From positions 182,962,001 through 183,026,000 of the forward strand of contig NC_091473.1 in assembly GCF_036971445.1 (NCBI RefSeq): a DNA stretch of 64,000 nucleotides, written 5' to 3'. Origin of the DNA: Narcine bancroftii (taxonomy: Eukaryota). The position numbers were made by a program, and so were the translations under genes. Below the pieces are notes generated by a model. The model was not told the DNA's origin. It saw only the letters and a list, made by a program, of their open reading frames with translations, and made no database searches. This document shows positions 60,701-64,000 of this stretch, in pieces (the stretch's first letter is position 1; every line of letters begins with the position of its first letter).

Positions 60701-62700
60701 GCCAATATCACTGCACCAATGTCACTGCACCAAGGTCAATGCATTAATGTCAATATATCAATGTCAATGCACCAATGACAATGCATCAATGTCACTGCAC
60801 CAATGACAATGCATCAATGTCAATGCACCAATGTTAATACATCAATGTCAATGCACCATTGACAATGCACCAATGTCAATGCATCAATGTCACTGCACCA
60901 ATGTCAATACATCAATGTCACTGCACAAATGTCAATACATCAATGTCAATGCGCCAATGTCACTGCCCCAATGTCAATACATCAATGTCAATGCACCAAT
61001 GTCAATACATCAATGTCAATGCACCAATGTCAATGTGCCAATGTCAATGCATCAATGTGAATGCTCCAATATCAATGAATCAATGTCAATACATCAATGT
61101 CAATGCATCAATGTCAATGCATCAATGTCACTGCACCAATGTCAATGAACCAATGACAATACATCAATGTCAATGCACCAATGACAATGCACCAATGTCA
61201 ATGCAAGAATGTCAATGTGCCAATGTCACTGCACCAATGTCAATACATCAAAGTCAATGCACCAATGTCAATATATCAATGTCAATGCATCAATATCAAT
61301 GCATCAATGTCACTGCACCAATGTCAATGCATCAATGTCAATGCACCAATGTTAATACATCAATGTCAATGCACCAATGACAATGCACCAATGTCAATGC
61401 ATCAATGTCACTGCACCAATGTCAATACATCAATGTCACTGCACCAATGTCAATACATCAATGTCAATGTGCCAATGTCACTGCCCCAATGTCAATACAT
61501 CAATGTCAATGCACCAATGTCAATACATCAATGTCAATGCACCAATGTCAATGTGCCAATGTCAATGCATCAATGTGAATGCTCCAATATCAATGAATCA
61601 ATGTCAATACATCAATGTCAATGCATCAATGTCACTGCACCAATGTCAATGAACCAATGACAATACATCAATGTCAATGCACCAATGACAATGCACCAAT
61701 GTCAATGCAAGAATGTCAATGTGCCAATGTCAATGCATCAATGTGAATGCTCCAATATCAATGAATCAATGTCAATACATCAATGTCAATGCATCAATGT
61801 CAATGCATCAATGTCACTGCACCAATGTCAATGAACCAATGACAATACATCAATGTCAATACATCAATGTCAATGCACCAATGTCAATGCATCAGTGTTA
61901 ATGCACCAATGTCAATACATCAATAACAATGTGTCAATGTCAATGCTCCAATGTCAATACACCAATATCAATACATCAATGTCAATGCCCCATTGTCAAT
62001 ACATCAATGTCAATGCATCAATGTCACTGCACCATTGTCAATGAACCAATGACAATGCATCAATGTCAATCCATCAATGTCAATGCACCATTGTCAATGA
62101 ACCAATGACAATGCACCATTGTCAATGAACCAATGACAATGCATCAATGTCAATGCATCAATGTCAATGCACCATTGTCAATGAACCAATGACAATGCAC
62201 CAATGTCAATGCATCAATGTCAATACATCAATGTCAATACACCAATGTCAATGCATCAATGACAATGCATCAATGTCAATACATCAATGTCAATACACCA
62301 ATGTCAATGCGGCAATGTCACTGCACCAATGTCAATGCATCAATGTCAATGCACCAATGTCAATGCATCAATGACAATGCATCAATGTCTATGTGCCAAT
62401 TTCAATGCACCAATATCAATACATCAATATCAATGCTTCAATGTCAATGCTTCAATGTCAACGCATCAATGTCAATGTGCCAATGTCACTGCACCAATTT
62501 CAATACACCAATATCAATACATCAATATCAATGCATCAATGTCAATGCATCAATGTCAATGAGCCAATGTCACTGCACCAATGTCAATATACCAATGTCA
62601 ATGCGCCAATGTCAGTGCTTCAATGTCAATGCATCAATTTCAATGCACCAATGTCACTGCACCAATGTCAGTGCAAAAATGTCTATGCACCAATATAAAT
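54783..62700. repeat. About 8-kb tandem satellite of CAATGT + CA(A/C)T(G/A)CA(C/T) units (14-bp core CAATGTCAATGCAY) with higher-order structure
   Basis: Direct read. Interrupted by copies of a 120-bp non-satellite block and by an RTE insertion. Confidence 0.97.
57999..59248 (+). mobile_element. 5'-truncated RTE-clade LINE inserted in the satellite
   Basis: GVKQGCVLAPTLF, LLFADD, RWMGHV and a C-terminal Cys/His finger; stop at 59202. 12-bp TSD AATGTCAATACA at 57987-57998 and 59249-59260. Confidence 0.95.
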
Positions 62701-62743
62701 AATCCAACATCAATGATACATCTACCTCAGTAAGTATTTTCCA

Positions 62744-63311
62744 TGGTGAGGCCAAATTTGGAGTACTGTGTACAGATTTGGTCACCAAATTATAGGAAAG
62801 ATATAAATAAAATAGAGAGAGTACAGAGAAGGTTCACGAGAATGTTGACAGGATTTCAAGGTTTGAGTTACAGGGAAAGGTTGTGCAGACTAGGGCTTTT
62901 TTCTCTGGAGCGTAGAAGATTGAGGGGGGACTTGATAGAGGTGTTTAAGATTTTAAAAGAGACAGACAGAGTAAATGTCGATAGGCTTTATCAATTAAGA
63001 GTGGGGGAGATTCAAACTAGAGGGCATGGTTTAAGATTGAAGGGGGAAAATTATAAGGGGAACATGAGGGGAAATTTCTTTATGCAAAGGGTGGTAGGGA
63101 TCTGGAATGAGCTTCCGGCAGACGTGGTTGAGGCAGGATCATTGGTTACATTTAAGGATAGACTGGATAGTTACATGGAGAGGAGAGGACTGGAGGGGTA
63201 TGGATTGGGTGCTGGTCAGTGGGACTAGAAGGGTGGGAATTTGTTATGGCATGGACTAGTAGGGCCGAACTGGCCTGTTCTGTGCTGTAAATGGTTATAT
63301 GGTTATATGGT
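62744..63311 (+). mobile_element. Young CR1 3' end inserted into a 30-bp minisatellite
   Basis: Uninterrupted VRPNLEYCVQIW..GAGQWD* (to 63228), 3'UTR and (ATGGTTAT)n tail. Confidence 0.92.
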
Positions 63312-63530
63312 TACCTCAGTAAGTACTCCCCATGGTATGTCTACCTCAGTAAGTATTTCCCATGGTACGTCTACCTCAGTAAGTACTTCCCATGGTACAT
63401 CTACTTCAGTAAGTACTCCCTGTGGTATGTCTACCTCAGTAAGTACTCCCCATAGTACGTCTACCTCTGTTAGTACTCCCCATGGTACATCTACTTCAGT
63501 AAGTACTCCCTGTGGTATATCTACCTCAGT
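63311..63530. repeat. 30-bp minisatellite CTACCTCAGTAAGTACTCCCCATGGTAYRT, about 7 copies plus one at 62716-62746
   Basis: Direct read. Confidence 0.95.
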
Positions 63531-63544
63531 CAACTTGATCATAC

Positions 63545-64000
63545 CTCAGAACTTAATAAGGTAGTTGAATCTGCTGGGTTAAAACACCTCTCTCAGCAAA
63601 AGGATTCTTGAATTCCTGTCAGAGAGACCACAGGCAGTCCAGATCAGTTACAGCATCTCCAAGACCATCACACTGAGTCCACTGCTGTTCATTCTGCTGA
63701 CCCATGACCGTGCAGCTAAACACAGCTTGAACCACATCATCAGGTTTGCTGACCACAGGAAGTGGTGGGGCTGATCAGCAAGATTGATGAGTCAGTGCGT
63801 AAAGATGAGGTGCAGTCGCTAATGGACCAGTGCAGAGCCAACAAGCTGTATCTGAATGTTAAAAAAACAAGGGATGTTGTTGACTTCAGGAGGGCCCGGG
63901 GGGACCACACTCTGCCAACCACTGACAGCTTGACTGTTGAGGTTGTCAAGAGTATCAAGTTCCTTGGAGTGCACTTGACGGAGAATCTCACCTGGTCCCT
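63545..64000 (+). mobile_element. Rex-Babar RT fragment
   Basis: WIL.FL..RPQAV, LLFILLTHD, IIRFAD..VVGLIS and IKFLGVHL remnants. Confidence 0.8.

Noticed and set aside
54716-62702. Dozens of Cys/His/Met/Gln-rich ORFs (MSMHQCQCINVNAP repeats) resembling a metal-binding or keratin-associated protein
   Set aside because: The same peptide appears in all three + frames because a 14-bp unit cycles through frames. Frames break at random, and I found no splice or coding signal. This is a satellite artefact.
63311-63530. CRISPR-like 30-bp periodicity (also the 120-bp blocks in the satellite)
   Set aside because: These are head-to-tail repeats with no unique spacers, no cas genes and a vertebrate context.

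Overview
This is eukaryotic, repeat-saturated vertebrate DNA, most likely from a cartilaginous fish. That is inferred from the CR1, Rex-Babar, Penelope and V-SINE repeats and from the GPR139-like receptor type. Most ORFs in the supplied track are spurious or retroelement debris. Three spliced host genes can be rebuilt by hand from splice sites and exon phases. (1) A two-exon orphan class A GPCR, GPR139/142-like (+, 4859..7941, 329 aa). (2) An eight-exon nectin/PVR-like receptor with three Ig domains (+, 10995..22830, 411 aa). (3) A convergent, cysteine-rich single-IgV type I membrane protein (-, ATG 54415; V exon 49447-49076; TM exon 47389-47281), probably with a chain of cytoplasmic mini-exons down to about 35.1 kb. 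Mobile DNA includes the 5' half of an apparently intact L1 (1..3836) and a complete 2.9-kb ORF1-only 'half-L1' with a perfect 16-bp TSD and a C-depleted ORF2 remnant (41881..44780). It also includes two young RTE fragments, many CR1, Rex-Babar, Penelope and SINE pieces, and two MITEs. An 8-kb CAATGT/CAATGCAY satellite (54.8-62.7 kb) carries one of the RTE insertions. I see no prokaryote-type system and no proven novel system. The best leads are the half-L1 element, the uncharacterised IgV receptor, and a possible L1 antisense-promoter link to the GPCR.
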